Position numbers and translations under genes: made by a program. The notes under the pieces are model-generated. The model had not been told where the DNA came from, did not search any database, and saw only the letters and a list, made by a program, of their open reading frames with translations. A DNA stretch of 64,000 bases, taken from Alphaproteobacteria bacterium UBA7691. Its GTDB lineage: Bacteria; Pseudomonadota; Alphaproteobacteria; Ferrovibrionales; Ferrovibrionaceae. Location of the stretch: contig DLGP01000096.1 in NCBI GenBank assembly GCA_002482765.1, forward strand, positions 11,212 through 75,211. The letters run 5' to 3'. This document shows positions 19,774-29,544 of this stretch, piece by piece (within the stretch, counting starts at the first letter, position 1; the number at the start of each line of letters is the position of its first letter).

Positions 19774-20631
19774 ATGGGCGTTTCCGCCATTATCGTCGCC
19801 TATAACAGCGGCGCCGTGATCGGGTCCTGCCTCGACAGTCTGGCCGGGGTGGATGAAATTATCGTGGTGGACAATGCCGCCGATGCCGCGCTGGCGCTGC
19901 GGCACGGCATCCGCTACATCCGCAATCCGCGTAACGAAGGCTATGGCAGCGGCAATAATATCGGGGTTGCGGCAGCCAGCCATGACTGGCTGCTGCTGGT
20001 CAACCCCGATGCCGCCTTGCAGCCGGATGCGCTGGCGGCTTTGCTGCGGGCGGCACAGCTCTATCCCGATGCCGCATTGCTGATGCCGCAAATCCTCAAT
20101 CCCGATGGCAGCATCGAGCCAAGCCATGATGCCGGCTTGTTCCATAAACGCGCCATGCCGCGCCGGCGCAGCGACCCGCCGCCCGAAGGCGATCTCTGCG
20201 CCGATTTCATGTCTGGCGCGGTGCAGTTGATCCGGCGCGACGCCTTCCTGGCGGTGGGTGGCTTCGATCCCGCCATCTTCATGTATTACGACGATGACGA
20301 CCTGTGCCTGCGGCTGCGCCGCGCCGGCCATGCCCTGGTGCGGGTGCAGGCGGCCCGGGCCTATCATATCGGCGGCGGCTCGTCGGGCAGCAGCGAAAAC
20401 GTGCTGCGCCTGAAACACCGCAACATGGCCTGGTCGCGGCTTTATCTGGAACAGAAATATAATGGCACAAGCGCGGCCTGGCGCCATGGCCTGGCCTTGC
20501 TGCTGCGGCGCCTGAGCAAAGGCTGGCTTTATCGCCTGAGCGGCAGCCGCGCCAAGGCAGCCCGCGACCTGGCCTATGCCAGCGGCTTTGCCGCATTCCT
20601 ATTGGGCCGGCCGGCGCCTAGAAACCTGTAA
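19774..20631 (+). CDS. Glycosyltransferase family 2
   Basis: IIV.YN, VVDN, N.GYG.GNN, NPD, GGFD..FMYYDD.DL. Confidence 0.9.
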   Translation: MGVSAIIVAYNSGAVIGSCLDSLAGVDEIIVVDNAADAALALRHGIRYIRNPRNEGYGSGNNIGVAAASHDWLLLVNPDAALQPDALAALLRAAQLYPDAALLMPQILNPDGSIEPSHDAGLFHKRAMPRRRSDPPPEGDLCADFMSGAVQLIRRDAFLAVGGFDPAIFMYYDDDDLCLRLRRAGHALVRVQAARAYHIGGGSSGSSENVLRLKHRNMAWSRLYLEQKYNGTSAAWRHGLALLLRRLSKGWLYRLSGSRAKAARDLAYASGFAAFLLGRPAPRNL

Positions 20632-20642
20632 GGGAGAAAACC

Positions 20643-21401
20643 ATGAGCCAGGATGTGCTGACTGAAACCCAAAACGGCGTGCTGACCATCACGCTGAACC
20701 GGCCGGCGAAGAAAAACGCCCTCACCGCCGCGATGTATGCCGCCGTGGCCGATGCCCTGGCCGCAGCCCAGGCCGATGCAGCGATCCGCGTGGTAGTGCT
20801 GACCGGGGCCGGCGGCGCCTTCACCGCCGGCAACGATCTGAACGATTTTCTCAGCAATCCGCCGCGCGGCGAGGAAACCCCGGTGGCGCGTTTCCTGCGC
20901 GGCATAAGCACATTCGAGAAACCACTGATCGCGGCGGTGGCCGGCGTTGCCGTAGGCGTGGGCACCACACTGCTGCTGCATTGTGATCTGGTCTATGCCG
21001 CGCCCTCAGCCCGGCTGCAATTACCCTTCGTCAACCTGGCGCTGGTGCCGGAAGCGGCCTCGTCGCTGCTGCTGCCGCGCCTTGTGGGCCACCAGAAAGC
21101 GGCGGAATTGTTCTATTTCGGCGAAGCGTTTGACGCAGAAACGGCGCAGCAATTGGGCATCGTCAATGCCGTGGTGGCAGAGGACCAGTTGCTGGCCCAT
21201 GCCCAGGCCCGCGCCGCTTTGCTCGCCAAAAAAGCGCCCACCGCCATGAAGCTGGCCAAGCAGCTGATGCGCCAGCCGGCCGCCGATGTGCCAACCCAGA
21301 TGGCCGCCGAAAGTGTGCATTTCGGCAACCAGCTCAAATCCACCGAAGCCCGCGAGGCGATGACCGCCTTCTTCGAGAAGCGGACGCCGAATTTCGGTTG
21401 A
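20643..21401 (+). CDS. Enoyl-CoA hydratase/isomerase family protein
   Basis: ITLNRP.KKNAL, FTAGNDL, AVGVG.T, PEA.SS. Confidence 0.92.
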   Translation: MSQDVLTETQNGVLTITLNRPAKKNALTAAMYAAVADALAAAQADAAIRVVVLTGAGGAFTAGNDLNDFLSNPPRGEETPVARFLRGISTFEKPLIAAVAGVAVGVGTTLLLHCDLVYAAPSARLQLPFVNLALVPEAASSLLLPRLVGHQKAAELFYFGEAFDAETAQQLGIVNAVVAEDQLLAHAQARAALLAKKAPTAMKLAKQLMRQPAADVPTQMAAESVHFGNQLKSTEAREAMTAFFEKRTPNFG

Positions 21402-21409
21402 GCCAATGT

Positions 21410-21691
21410 TCAGCGCGGCGGCCAATCCTGCGCCCCATGCAGCAAGCGCAGGATGGCAATGCCGTCTGGCAACACTTTATAGATATAGAACCATGGCAGG
21501 GATGGCAGCACATATTCGCGCGTTTCCTGCCATCGGCCGGGCCGTCCGCGATAGGGATGCTCCAGCAAAGCGACAGGCGCCTCGCGCAGAATTTGACCAA
21601 TGCGCCGAGCCTGCCCTGGATCGCTTTCAGCAATATGGGCTACGATGCCTGCCAGATCGCGCTTTGCTGCGGTCACCCAGATGACGCGCAT
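21410..21691 (-). CDS. Type II toxin, RelE/ParE family
   Basis: V.W...A.RDL..I, HP..GRPGR...TRE, ILRLLHG..W. Confidence 0.9.
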   Translation of the reverse strand: MRVIWVTAAKRDLAGIVAHIAESDPGQARRIGQILREAPVALLEHPYRGRPGRWQETREYVLPSLPWFYIYKVLPDGIAILRLLHGAQDWPPR

Positions 21692-21694
21692 TGA

Positions 21695-21970
21695 TCAAGC
21701 CGCGTTGCGTTTTTTATGTCTCTCCGTGGCGGCTTCAATGATTGCGTCCATCTCCGCCATCACTTCCTCATGGGAATGTACGCGGCCGGCGGCGAGATCA
21801 TCCAGCCCCTCCTGCACCCGGGCGCGGAGCCAGGCATCGTAGCTGGCATAACTTTCCAGCGCTTCGGCGATGATGGCGGATTTGCTGCGGCCCTGGCTTT
21901 CGGCGATGCGGCCGATGGCTTCATCCAGGGCAGGATCGATGCGGGCGGTGATGGTGCTGGTCTTGGTCAT
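21695..21970 (-). CDS. Type II antitoxin, CopG/RHH family
   Basis: TITARID...GRSKS.II.EAL RHH motif; I/VQEGL.D..AGR tail; directly upstream of toxin. Confidence 0.9.
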   Translation of the reverse strand: MTKTSTITARIDPALDEAIGRIAESQGRSKSAIIAEALESYASYDAWLRARVQEGLDDLAAGRVHSHEEVMAEMDAIIEAATERHKKRNAA

Positions 21971-21972
21971 GC

Positions 21973-21997
21973 GAATACAATGTATTACATTGTATTC
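21973..21997. promoter_or_regulatory. Perfect inverted repeat, likely TA autoregulatory operator
   Basis: GAATACAATGTA-T-TACATTGTATTC, 2 bp from the antitoxin ATG. Confidence 0.75.
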
Positions 21998-22011
21998 AGC
22001 GTCAATCCGGT

Positions 22012-22327
22012 TTTAGAGCACGCTGCGATTAGATTGACGCGCTGCGTTGCGTCTGGAGGCGGTAGGCCGATAGGAGAAGCGCGCAGCAGGTACCTTGCGG
22101 TACCTGCAAGCGTTTCGACGGCCCAAGCTCGCGAGCGTCCAGTGGACGCTCGTGAGCGCAGGGCGATGCCGCCTCCAGGCGCAACCCCGGAGGGGCCGGG
22201 CGCTTTTGCGTTTTGCGCGTGTCGCCCGGCTTGTCCGTAGCCCCACTACGCCCGGCGCCGGGCTCCTCCGCAAAACGCAAAATCGCCGCGGCGCAGCCAT
22301 TTCCATATGAAAATGAAGCGGTCTAAA
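22012..22327. repeat. Highly structured intergenic element (MITE-like or ncRNA)
   Basis: Ends TTTAGA...TCTAAA; stems 22046-62/22169-85, 22086-94/22099-107, 22127-40/22144-57, 22204-17/22269-82. Confidence 0.6.
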
Positions 22328-22354
22328 CTCTCTCCCCTAGGGAGAGACACAGGC

Positions 22355-23911
22355 ATGTATATTACCGAATGGGCGGCCAAGCAGCCCGACAAGACCGCTA
22401 TTCTGATTGCTGAAACCGGCAAAAGCCGCAGCTATGCCGAACTGGAAGCAATGTCGAACCGTGCCGCGCAGCTATACCGCGCCACCGGGCTTGGTTTCCG
22501 TGACCATATGGCGCTGCTGATCGGCAATTGTGTCGAATTCTATGATGTGTGTTTCGGTGCTGATCGCGCGGGACTGTATTACACGGCCATATCCACTCGG
22601 CTGACTGCGCCGGAAGTGGCTTATATCATCAATGATTGCGGCGCCCGGCTGGTGGTGATCGGGCCGGAATTTGCCGAGATCGCCGATGAATTGCGCAGCC
22701 TCTGCCCGCATGTGACGCATTTCTACCTGATCGGCGCCGTATCGACCGCCTTGCCTGCCGGCTGGCTGGATTGGGATGCCGCCATCATGGCGCAGCCGCC
22801 GCAGCGTATCGCGGACGAAATCCAGGGCCGCGACATGCTGTATTCCTCCGGCACCACCGGCAAGCCCAAGGGTGTGAAGCGGCCGCTGAACGGCGATGCG
22901 GTGGGTGTCTCCACACCGTTCTATGAGAATGCGCTCAAGATCTACGGCTACAATGCCGATATGGTCTATCTCTCGCCGGCGCCGGGCTATCATGCCGCGC
23001 CGCTGCGCTACACCATGGTGGTCAGCCGTGTTGGCGGCACTCTGGTGGTGATGGAGCATTTTGATGCTGAACGCGCCCTGGCGCTGATCGGGCAATATGG
23101 CGTCACCCATTCCAACTGGGTGCCGACCATGTTCGTGCGCATGCTCAAGCTGCCCGAGGCGACGCGCCAGCGCTACAGGCTCGGCACGCATCGCGTCGCC
23201 ATTCACGGCGCCGGGCCGGTTTCGGTCGAAACCAAGCGCCGCATGATCGAATGGTGGGGGCCGATTCTCTATGAATATTACGCCGCCTCGGAAGGCAACG
23301 GCACCACGATCATCACCGCGCCGGAATGGCTGCAACGGCCGGGTTCGGTCGGTCGTGCGGTGATCGGCCAGGTGCGTATTGTGAATGAGGAAAGTGGCGC
23401 GGTGCAGCCGGTGGGCCAGACCGGCGTGGTGCATTTCGAAGGCGGCCTGCCTTTCGCCTATCACAATGATGCCGAGAAGACCAAGGCGGCGTTCAACGAC
23501 CAGGGTTGGTCCACCATGGGCGATGTCGGCTATCTCGATGCCGATGGCTATCTCTATCTCACCGACCGCAAGGCTTTCATGATCATTTCCGGCGGGGTGA
23601 ATATCTATCCGCAGGAAGCCGAGAATGTGCTGATCGATCATCCGCTGGTGGCCGATGTGGCGGTGATCGGCGTGCCGAACGAGGATTTCGGCGAGGAAGT
23701 GAAGGCCGTGGTGCAACTGGTCGATCCGGCCCGCGCATCGCCGGAGATTGCCGCCGAGCTGATCGCCTATTGCCGCCAGCATCTGGCTGCCATCAAATGC
23801 CCGCGCAGCATCGATTTTGATCCGGCTCTGCCGCGCCATGAAACCGGCAAGCTATACAAACGGCTGATCAAGGACCGCTACTGGGGCAACAAGACCAGCC
23901 GCATTGTGTAG
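22355..23911 (+). CDS. Acyl-CoA synthetase (AMP-binding)
   Basis: YSSGTTGKPKG, EYYAASE, GDVGYLD.DGYLYLTDRK, TGKLYKR. Confidence 0.93.
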   Translation: MYITEWAAKQPDKTAILIAETGKSRSYAELEAMSNRAAQLYRATGLGFRDHMALLIGNCVEFYDVCFGADRAGLYYTAISTRLTAPEVAYIINDCGARLVVIGPEFAEIADELRSLCPHVTHFYLIGAVSTALPAGWLDWDAAIMAQPPQRIADEIQGRDMLYSSGTTGKPKGVKRPLNGDAVGVSTPFYENALKIYGYNADMVYLSPAPGYHAAPLRYTMVVSRVGGTLVVMEHFDAERALALIGQYGVTHSNWVPTMFVRMLKLPEATRQRYRLGTHRVAIHGAGPVSVETKRRMIEWWGPILYEYYAASEGNGTTIITAPEWLQRPGSVGRAVIGQVRIVNEESGAVQPVGQTGVVHFEGGLPFAYHNDAEKTKAAFNDQGWSTMGDVGYLDADGYLYLTDRKAFMIISGGVNIYPQEAENVLIDHPLVADVAVIGVPNEDFGEEVKAVVQLVDPARASPEIAAELIAYCRQHLAAIKCPRSIDFDPALPRHETGKLYKRLIKDRYWGNKTSRIV

Positions 23912-24062
23912 GGGCGGGGCGCCGTGCAGCCGTCACCGGTAGCACTGCCTTCGCTGTTGAATCGCTGTTTTTTTGAACAATCGGCCAATTGTGCGAATTT
24001 TAGCCAGAAAGGTTATATGGCCTGGTATTAGAACAAGTATAAGTATAAACATAAATAACATA

Positions 24063-24070
24063 TGTATACA
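24063..24070. promoter_or_regulatory. Putative GntR operator palindrome TGTATACA in AT-rich promoter
   Basis: Palindrome plus degenerate copies (~24165, ~24207) upstream of a GntR gene. Confidence 0.4.
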
Positions 24071-24235
24071 GTAAAAAAACTACGGAACACTTTGTGGCAT
24101 GAAATTATAATAATAATTCAATATTGTAATATACAGTATAATTTTATTTCTTTTATTGGCATTAATGAATACAATTTTTTGACAACGCCGCTGCGCCCTG
24201 CGGAAATGTATACCAACAGGGCTTTGCAGGCGGCT

Positions 24236-24991
24236 ATGAAAAACCAGCTCAGCGACAAGGTTTATGATCAGTTGCGGCGCCAGATTGTTTCTGGCGCCAT
24301 CGCCATGGGCGAGCGGCTGCGCGAGACGCATCTGGCCATGCGCCTGAATGTGTCCCGCACGCCGATCCGCGAGGCGCTCCAGCAATTGCTCGCCGAAGGC
24401 ATGGTTGAGGCCGATGCGCAGGGTTTCCGCGCCACGGTCTACAGCCCGGCCCGCGTGGCGGAGATTTATGGCTGCCGGGCGATCCTGGAGAGTGAATCGG
24501 CGCGCCTGGTGGCCCTGGCCGGGCTTTCAAGCGAGGCGCAGTTGCAGCTTGAGCAGGCGGTGGGCATCTGCGACCGGCTGCTGGCCGATGCCCGCGCGCA
24601 TGATCGGGTTTCCGATGCCGAGGTGCGGCGCGCCTTCCTGGAGCAGAACAATATCTTTCATGCCGTGCTGCATGATGCCTGCCCCAATCGCATGCTGCGC
24701 GAGCTGATCCATCAGGTGGGTGAAATCCCGGCCTCGATCCGCAACTATTTCCGTTTCAGCGATGATCAGCTGTTTGAGAGCCATAGCGCGCATCGCCGCA
24801 TCCTGCGCGCCGTGATCGCGCGCGATGGCGAACGTGCCGCAGCGCAGATGCGCGAGCATATCTGGGCGGCACGCGACCGCATGGACCCGGCAGCCTTCAG
24901 CCAGTTCAACACAAGCCATCAAGGCGAGCGCCAGACCGCGCCACGCAACAGCTTTTCCGCAACCAACATGCAACTGACAGGGGATATGTAA
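24236..24991 (+). CDS. GntR family regulator (FCD domain)
   Basis: L.E..LA..L.VSRTPIREAL..L HTH; N..FH and H..I FCD residues. Confidence 0.92.
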   Translation: MKNQLSDKVYDQLRRQIVSGAIAMGERLRETHLAMRLNVSRTPIREALQQLLAEGMVEADAQGFRATVYSPARVAEIYGCRAILESESARLVALAGLSSEAQLQLEQAVGICDRLLADARAHDRVSDAEVRRAFLEQNNIFHAVLHDACPNRMLRELIHQVGEIPASIRNYFRFSDDQLFESHSAHRRILRAVIARDGERAAAQMREHIWAARDRMDPAAFSQFNTSHQGERQTAPRNSFSATNMQLTGDM

Positions 24992-26067
24992 TGCGCCAAG
25001 CCACTCGCCATACCAACAAGGGCCTCAGCCGCCGTCGCTTCATGGGCAATGCCGCAGCCGGCGCCGTCGCCATCGGCATGCCCTGGGTCACCACCAAGGC
25101 GCGCGCCGCCGGTCAGCTTACCGTTGTGCTGAATCAGGGTTTGCTGGCCAAATTGTGGATCGATCATCTCAATCCGCTGTTTGAAAAGGAAACCGGCGCC
25201 AAGCTGAATGTGCAGCAATCGGTCACCTCCAACATGCTGGCGATGCTGAAGACACAGAAGGACAATCCACCGGATCTGATGCAGTTTTCCGAGGCCGGCG
25301 TGTTTCTGGCCCGCGATGAAGGCCTGCTGCGCCAGCATAAGGCGGCGAATATCCCGAACTGGAAATTCCTGCGCAAGGAATTCAACATGGCCGATGATTA
25401 CTCGGCCGGCATGATCGATGCGATGCACACGATCTTCTACAACACCAATGCGGTGAAGGAAGCGCCGACTTCCTGGGCCGATCTGTGGAACCCGGCGAAC
25501 AAGAACCGCATCGCGATTCCGCCGGTCACCTGGAATAACGGTTTGCGCATGATCGTGTCGGCGGCGGAAATCGCCACCGGCATGCCGCTGGCCAAGGCAC
25601 AATATGAATATGCCGCCGGCATCAAGCATCTGGCCAAGCTGAAGCAGAATGGCGTGGTGATCTATAACGACGCACCGCAGGCGCTGCAAATGATGCAGAG
25701 CGGGCAGGTGCCGCTGGTGCCGTTTTATGTTGCCTTCGCCGCCCAGCTGGTGGCGCAGGGTGCGCCGATCTATCCGGCGGCCAATCTGAAGGAAGGCAAG
25801 CATGGCGAGATCGTTGGCATGAACATGCCGGTGAATGCCAAGAATGTGGAACTGGCCGAGGCTTATGTGAATCTCAGCCTGACCAAGGATTTCCAATCCA
25901 AGATCGATTCGGTGCTGCGCGCCCGTTGCGGCCATACCGAGGTGCCGATTTCGCCCGATACTGCCAAGCTGATCGGCACGCCGGAAAACACCACCTATGC
26001 CGATTGGGCCTTCCTGTCGAAGAACCGCGCCAAGATCACCGAGATGTGGAACGAGGCTTTCGGCTAA
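24991..26067 (+). CDS. ABC substrate-binding protein, PotD/PotF-like, Tat-exported
   Basis: SRRRFM twin-arginine signal; YN...P.SWADLW. Confidence 0.88.
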   Translation: MRQATRHTNKGLSRRRFMGNAAAGAVAIGMPWVTTKARAAGQLTVVLNQGLLAKLWIDHLNPLFEKETGAKLNVQQSVTSNMLAMLKTQKDNPPDLMQFSEAGVFLARDEGLLRQHKAANIPNWKFLRKEFNMADDYSAGMIDAMHTIFYNTNAVKEAPTSWADLWNPANKNRIAIPPVTWNNGLRMIVSAAEIATGMPLAKAQYEYAAGIKHLAKLKQNGVVIYNDAPQALQMMQSGQVPLVPFYVAFAAQLVAQGAPIYPAANLKEGKHGEIVGMNMPVNAKNVELAEAYVNLSLTKDFQSKIDSVLRARCGHTEVPISPDTAKLIGTPENTTYADWAFLSKNRAKITEMWNEAFG

Positions 26068-26107
26068 GCGGCAACACATCACAAAGCACTAAGCGGGGAT
26101 TGCGGGC

Positions 26108-27004
26108 ATGAGCCACGCCATAACCACAGGAATGGGCAATGCCGGCGTCGATTGGCGCCGGCATCTGCCCGGCCTGCTCATGCTGGCGCCGTTGCTGGCT
26201 TTTCTGCTCGCCTTCTATCTGGTGCCTTTCGCCTACATGCTGGGCGAAAGCTTCACCTATTGGAGCGGCGACGAGAAAACCGGCACGGGCCCCACGCTGC
26301 TGCAATATTTCAAAACCTTCGAGAGTGCGCGGGTCAGCCGCGCGCTGGTGCGCACCTTCCGCATCGCTCTGATCACCATGGCGATTACGCTGCTGATTTC
26401 CTATCCGATTGCGTTGCTGCTGCTGCGGGTTGGGCGCGGCCTGCGCACGGCGATCTTGCTGATCACCTTTGTTTCGCTGGCTTCCAGCCTGATTATCCGC
26501 AATTACGGCTGGGTGGTGGTGCTGGCCGATGGCGGCGCGGTGAACAGCCTGCTGCTGGCGCTGGGGCTGATCGAAAGCCCGATCCGGCTGATGTATTCCG
26601 AACTCGCCATCACGCTCGGGCTGGTGCATTACGCCATGCCATTCATGATCCTGCCGATCTATGGCACCTTGCTGCGGCTGCCGCCCTCCTTGCGCGAAGC
26701 CTCGCTATCGCTTGGCGGCGGCGAATGGCGCAGCTTTCTGCGCATCACCCTGCCGCTCAGCCTGCCCGGTGTGTTCGGCGGCACCATGCTCACCTTCGCG
26801 GTCAGCATGAGCGCCTTTGTCACGCCGCTGATGCTGGGTTCGCCGCGTAGCGCCATGATCTCGCAGGTCGCCGCAGAGCAACTGCTGGTACAGCTCAATT
26901 TCGCCTGGGGTTCGGCCATCATCGTGGTGCTGACCCTGCTCACCTTCCTGCTCGTGGCGGCCTATGCCATGCTGCTGCGTAAAGTGTTCCGCGCCGATGT
27001 CTGA
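26108..27004 (+). CDS. ABC permease (PotB-like)
   Basis: R.YGW..L, PFMILP, EAS.SLG, SAFVTP.MLG. Confidence 0.9.
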   Translation: MSHAITTGMGNAGVDWRRHLPGLLMLAPLLAFLLAFYLVPFAYMLGESFTYWSGDEKTGTGPTLLQYFKTFESARVSRALVRTFRIALITMAITLLISYPIALLLLRVGRGLRTAILLITFVSLASSLIIRNYGWVVVLADGGAVNSLLLALGLIESPIRLMYSELAITLGLVHYAMPFMILPIYGTLLRLPPSLREASLSLGGGEWRSFLRITLPLSLPGVFGGTMLTFAVSMSAFVTPLMLGSPRSAMISQVAAEQLLVQLNFAWGSAIIVVLTLLTFLLVAAYAMLLRKVFRADV

Positions 27005-27794
27005 TCGCAACTCCTTCCAGATCATCACCTCGGCGCTGGCCTGGATCGCCCTGGCCTTCCTGGTCTTTCCCGTGCTGCTCACCGCCGTGGTGTCGTTCAA
27101 CGCCTCGTTCTTCATCGAATTCCCGCCCAAGGCGCTGGCGCTGAAATGGTATGCCAATATCGGCAATATTCACCGCATCCTGGACGCCACCCTGATCAGC
27201 GCCGGGATTGCGCTGGCCAGCGCCATAATCGCCACCATCCTGGCGATTGGCGGCAGCCTGGCGCTGGCGCGTTCCGGCCTGCCGGGCCGCGCCGCCATCA
27301 CGGCATTCCTGCTCTCGCCGGTCACGGTGCCGATGGTGGCGATTGGCATTGCACTGGTGCAGTTCTTCATCATGATCGGCACGGCCTTCACCTGGTACAG
27401 CCTGATGATCGGCCATATCGTGCTGGTGGTGGCTTATCCGGTGCGCACATTGCTGGCATCGCTGGCCTTGACCAATCCGGCGCTGGAAGAAGCCGCCGCT
27501 TCGCTTGGCGCCAGCCGTTGGACCGTGTTCCGCACCATCACGCTGCCACAGCTTAAGCCCGGCCTGGTCAGCGGCTTCCTGTTCGCCCTGCTGATCAGTT
27601 TCGACAATTACCCGATCAGCGTGTTTCTGGTGCGTGGCGGCATCACCACCATGCCGATTGAAATCTTCAACTACATCACACAGAACCTTGATCCGACGCC
27701 GGCGGCTTTCTCCACGCTCTATATCCTGGTGATCAGCGCCATCATCGCGCTGGCCGAGCGGCGCTATCGTATCATCTCGCATTCGATCCCATGA
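26997..27794 (+). CDS. ABC permease (PotC-like)
   Basis: FPP...LKWY, LEEAAASLGA, SFDN. Confidence 0.9.
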   Translation: MSDRNSFQIITSALAWIALAFLVFPVLLTAVVSFNASFFIEFPPKALALKWYANIGNIHRILDATLISAGIALASAIIATILAIGGSLALARSGLPGRAAITAFLLSPVTVPMVAIGIALVQFFIMIGTAFTWYSLMIGHIVLVVAYPVRTLLASLALTNPALEEAAASLGASRWTVFRTITLPQLKPGLVSGFLFALLISFDNYPISVFLVRGGITTMPIEIFNYITQNLDPTPAAFSTLYILVISAIIALAERRYRIISHSIP

Positions 27795-28876
27795 GGAGCG
27801 ACATGGCTGGCCTTGAACTGCAAAATGTGCGCGTCTGGTTTGGCGGGCAGGAAATTCTCAAGGGCGTTGATCTCAGCGTGGCCGAAGGTGAATGCCTGGC
27901 GTTGCTCGGGCCTTCGGGCTGCGGCAAGACCACCACTTTGCGGGTGATTGCCGGCTTCACCCAGCCGCAGCAGGGCAGTGTGCAGATTGCCGGCCAGGCC
28001 ATGCATGGCACGCCGCCCTACAAGCGCAATGTTGGCCTGGTATTTCAGGATTATGCCCTGTTTCCGCATATGACCATTGCCGAGAATGTGGCTTATGGCT
28101 TGCAGATGCGCCGGCTGCCGAAGCCGGAGATAACCAAGCGGGTGGCCGATGCGCTGGCGATGGTGCAATTGGGGCATGTCGGCGAGCGTTTTCCGGCCAA
28201 TCTTTCCGGTGGTCAGCGCCAGCGTGTTGCATTGGCCCGCGCCCTGGTTATTCAGCCGGATATCCTGTTGCTGGATGAACCGCTGGGCGCGCTGGATCGC
28301 AAGCTGCGCGATCAGATGCAAGTGGAACTGAAGCAGTTGCAGCGCCGGCTTGGCATAACCACGATCATTGTGACGCATGATCAGGAAGAAGCGCTGTCGC
28401 TGGCTGATCGTGTGGCGGTTATGTTCAATGGCAGTATCCGCGAAATCGGTGCGCCGGCCCAGCTTTATGAAACACCTGGCTCGCGTGAGGTGATGGAATT
28501 CCTTGGCAGCTCCAACATTCTGCCGGGCAGAGTCACGGCGCGCGATGGCCGGGGCGGTCAGGTGGAGCTGGCGGCCGGCATCAGGCTGCACCTGCCTCTG
28601 CCGCTGCCTGCGGGCAGCGATGCCATCATCCTGGGTATCCGCCCGGAGCATGTCGAATTGGCGCCGCACAGCCAGGCGGATGGTGCATTGGCGGCTGAAC
28701 TGGTGGAATGCGTTTACAAAGGCAGCCTGGTGGAAGTGCATACGCGGCTCAGTGATGGCGGCGCTTTCCAGATCAATGCCTCGGCGGCCCAGGTGGCACA
28801 GCTTCAGCTTGGCCAGCGCGGAGCCATGATCGGCATCCGGCTGCCGGCGCAGCATATTCAGGTATTCGCCGCTTAA
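27791..28876 (+). CDS. ABC ATP-binding protein (PotA-like, TOBE)
   Basis: GPSGCGKT, LSGGQRQR, LLDEP. Confidence 0.93.
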   Translation: MRSDMAGLELQNVRVWFGGQEILKGVDLSVAEGECLALLGPSGCGKTTTLRVIAGFTQPQQGSVQIAGQAMHGTPPYKRNVGLVFQDYALFPHMTIAENVAYGLQMRRLPKPEITKRVADALAMVQLGHVGERFPANLSGGQRQRVALARALVIQPDILLLDEPLGALDRKLRDQMQVELKQLQRRLGITTIIVTHDQEEALSLADRVAVMFNGSIREIGAPAQLYETPGSREVMEFLGSSNILPGRVTARDGRGGQVELAAGIRLHLPLPLPAGSDAIILGIRPEHVELAPHSQADGALAAELVECVYKGSLVEVHTRLSDGGAFQINASAAQVAQLQLGQRGAMIGIRLPAQHIQVFAA

Positions 28877-28897
28877 GCGGCGATCAAGCGGGAGGAG

Positions 28898-29221
28898 ATG
28901 GGCATGGAAAGACGGGTGAATGATGTAGGCGGCCAGGTGGATGGCGCGCTGCATCTTGATGAACATGCCGTGACGCTGCATGAAAAACGCATTGATGCCT
29001 TGGTGATGCTGCTTACCAGCCCCAAGGTGGATGCGTTCAAGGTGGATGCGCTGCGCCGCGCCATTGAGCAGAACACCATCGAGGATTACCGCAAGTTTGG
29101 CTATTACGACAAATGGATCCGCGCCATCCGCGATCTGCTGGTGGAGCAGAATATCCTGACCCATGACGAGATCGAAATGCGCATTGCCGCCATCCGGGCG
29201 CGGCAGCGGAGCGCGGCATGA
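28898..29221 (+). CDS. Nitrile hydratase beta N-terminal-type subunit (ScnB-like)
   Basis: NDVGG, EKR.DAL, D.LRR.IE, YYDKW, LVE..ILT..EI. Confidence 0.85.
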   Translation: MGMERRVNDVGGQVDGALHLDEHAVTLHEKRIDALVMLLTSPKVDAFKVDALRRAIEQNTIEDYRKFGYYDKWIRAIRDLLVEQNILTHDEIEMRIAAIRARQRSAA

Positions 29222-29544
29222 GCGCCGTGCCAGCAAAGCCGGGCCAGGCATTGCCGGTCGGCACCCGTGTGCAGGTGCGGCGGCAACCGCCTGAGGCGCA
29301 TTGCCGTACGCCATGTTACCTGCGCGGCCGGCCGGGCGAAATATCCGAAGTGGTTGGCTTCTACCGCGACCCATCGCTTCTTGCCTTCCACAAACCAGGG
29401 CTGCCGATGCGCCTGTTATATCGCGTGCGTTTTCGCCAGGCCGATCTCTGGCCGGAATATCAGGGCAATGCGCAGGATAGCCTTTATGCCGATCTATATG
29501 GCCATTGGCTGGAACCAATGACGGAGCAACACCATGGCGCATGA
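29218..29544 (+). CDS. Nitrile hydratase beta C-terminal SH3-like subunit (ScnA-like)
   Basis: G.RV.V, HCRTP.YLRG..G.I, LYRVRF...LW, D.Y.HWLEP. Confidence 0.85.
   Translation: MSAVPAKPGQALPVGTRVQVRRQPPEAHCRTPCYLRGRPGEISEVVGFYRDPSLLAFHKPGLPMRLLYRVRFRQADLWPEYQGNAQDSLYADLYGHWLEPMTEQHHGA

Noticed and set aside
22012-22327. CRISPR array or tRNA reading of the structured element
   Set aside because: No spaced direct repeats, no cloverleaf/T-loop consensus and no cas genes in the window
24062-24235. N-terminal extension of GntR from the ORF track
   Set aside because: AT-rich promoter sequence read in frame; the HTH domain starts at about 24236
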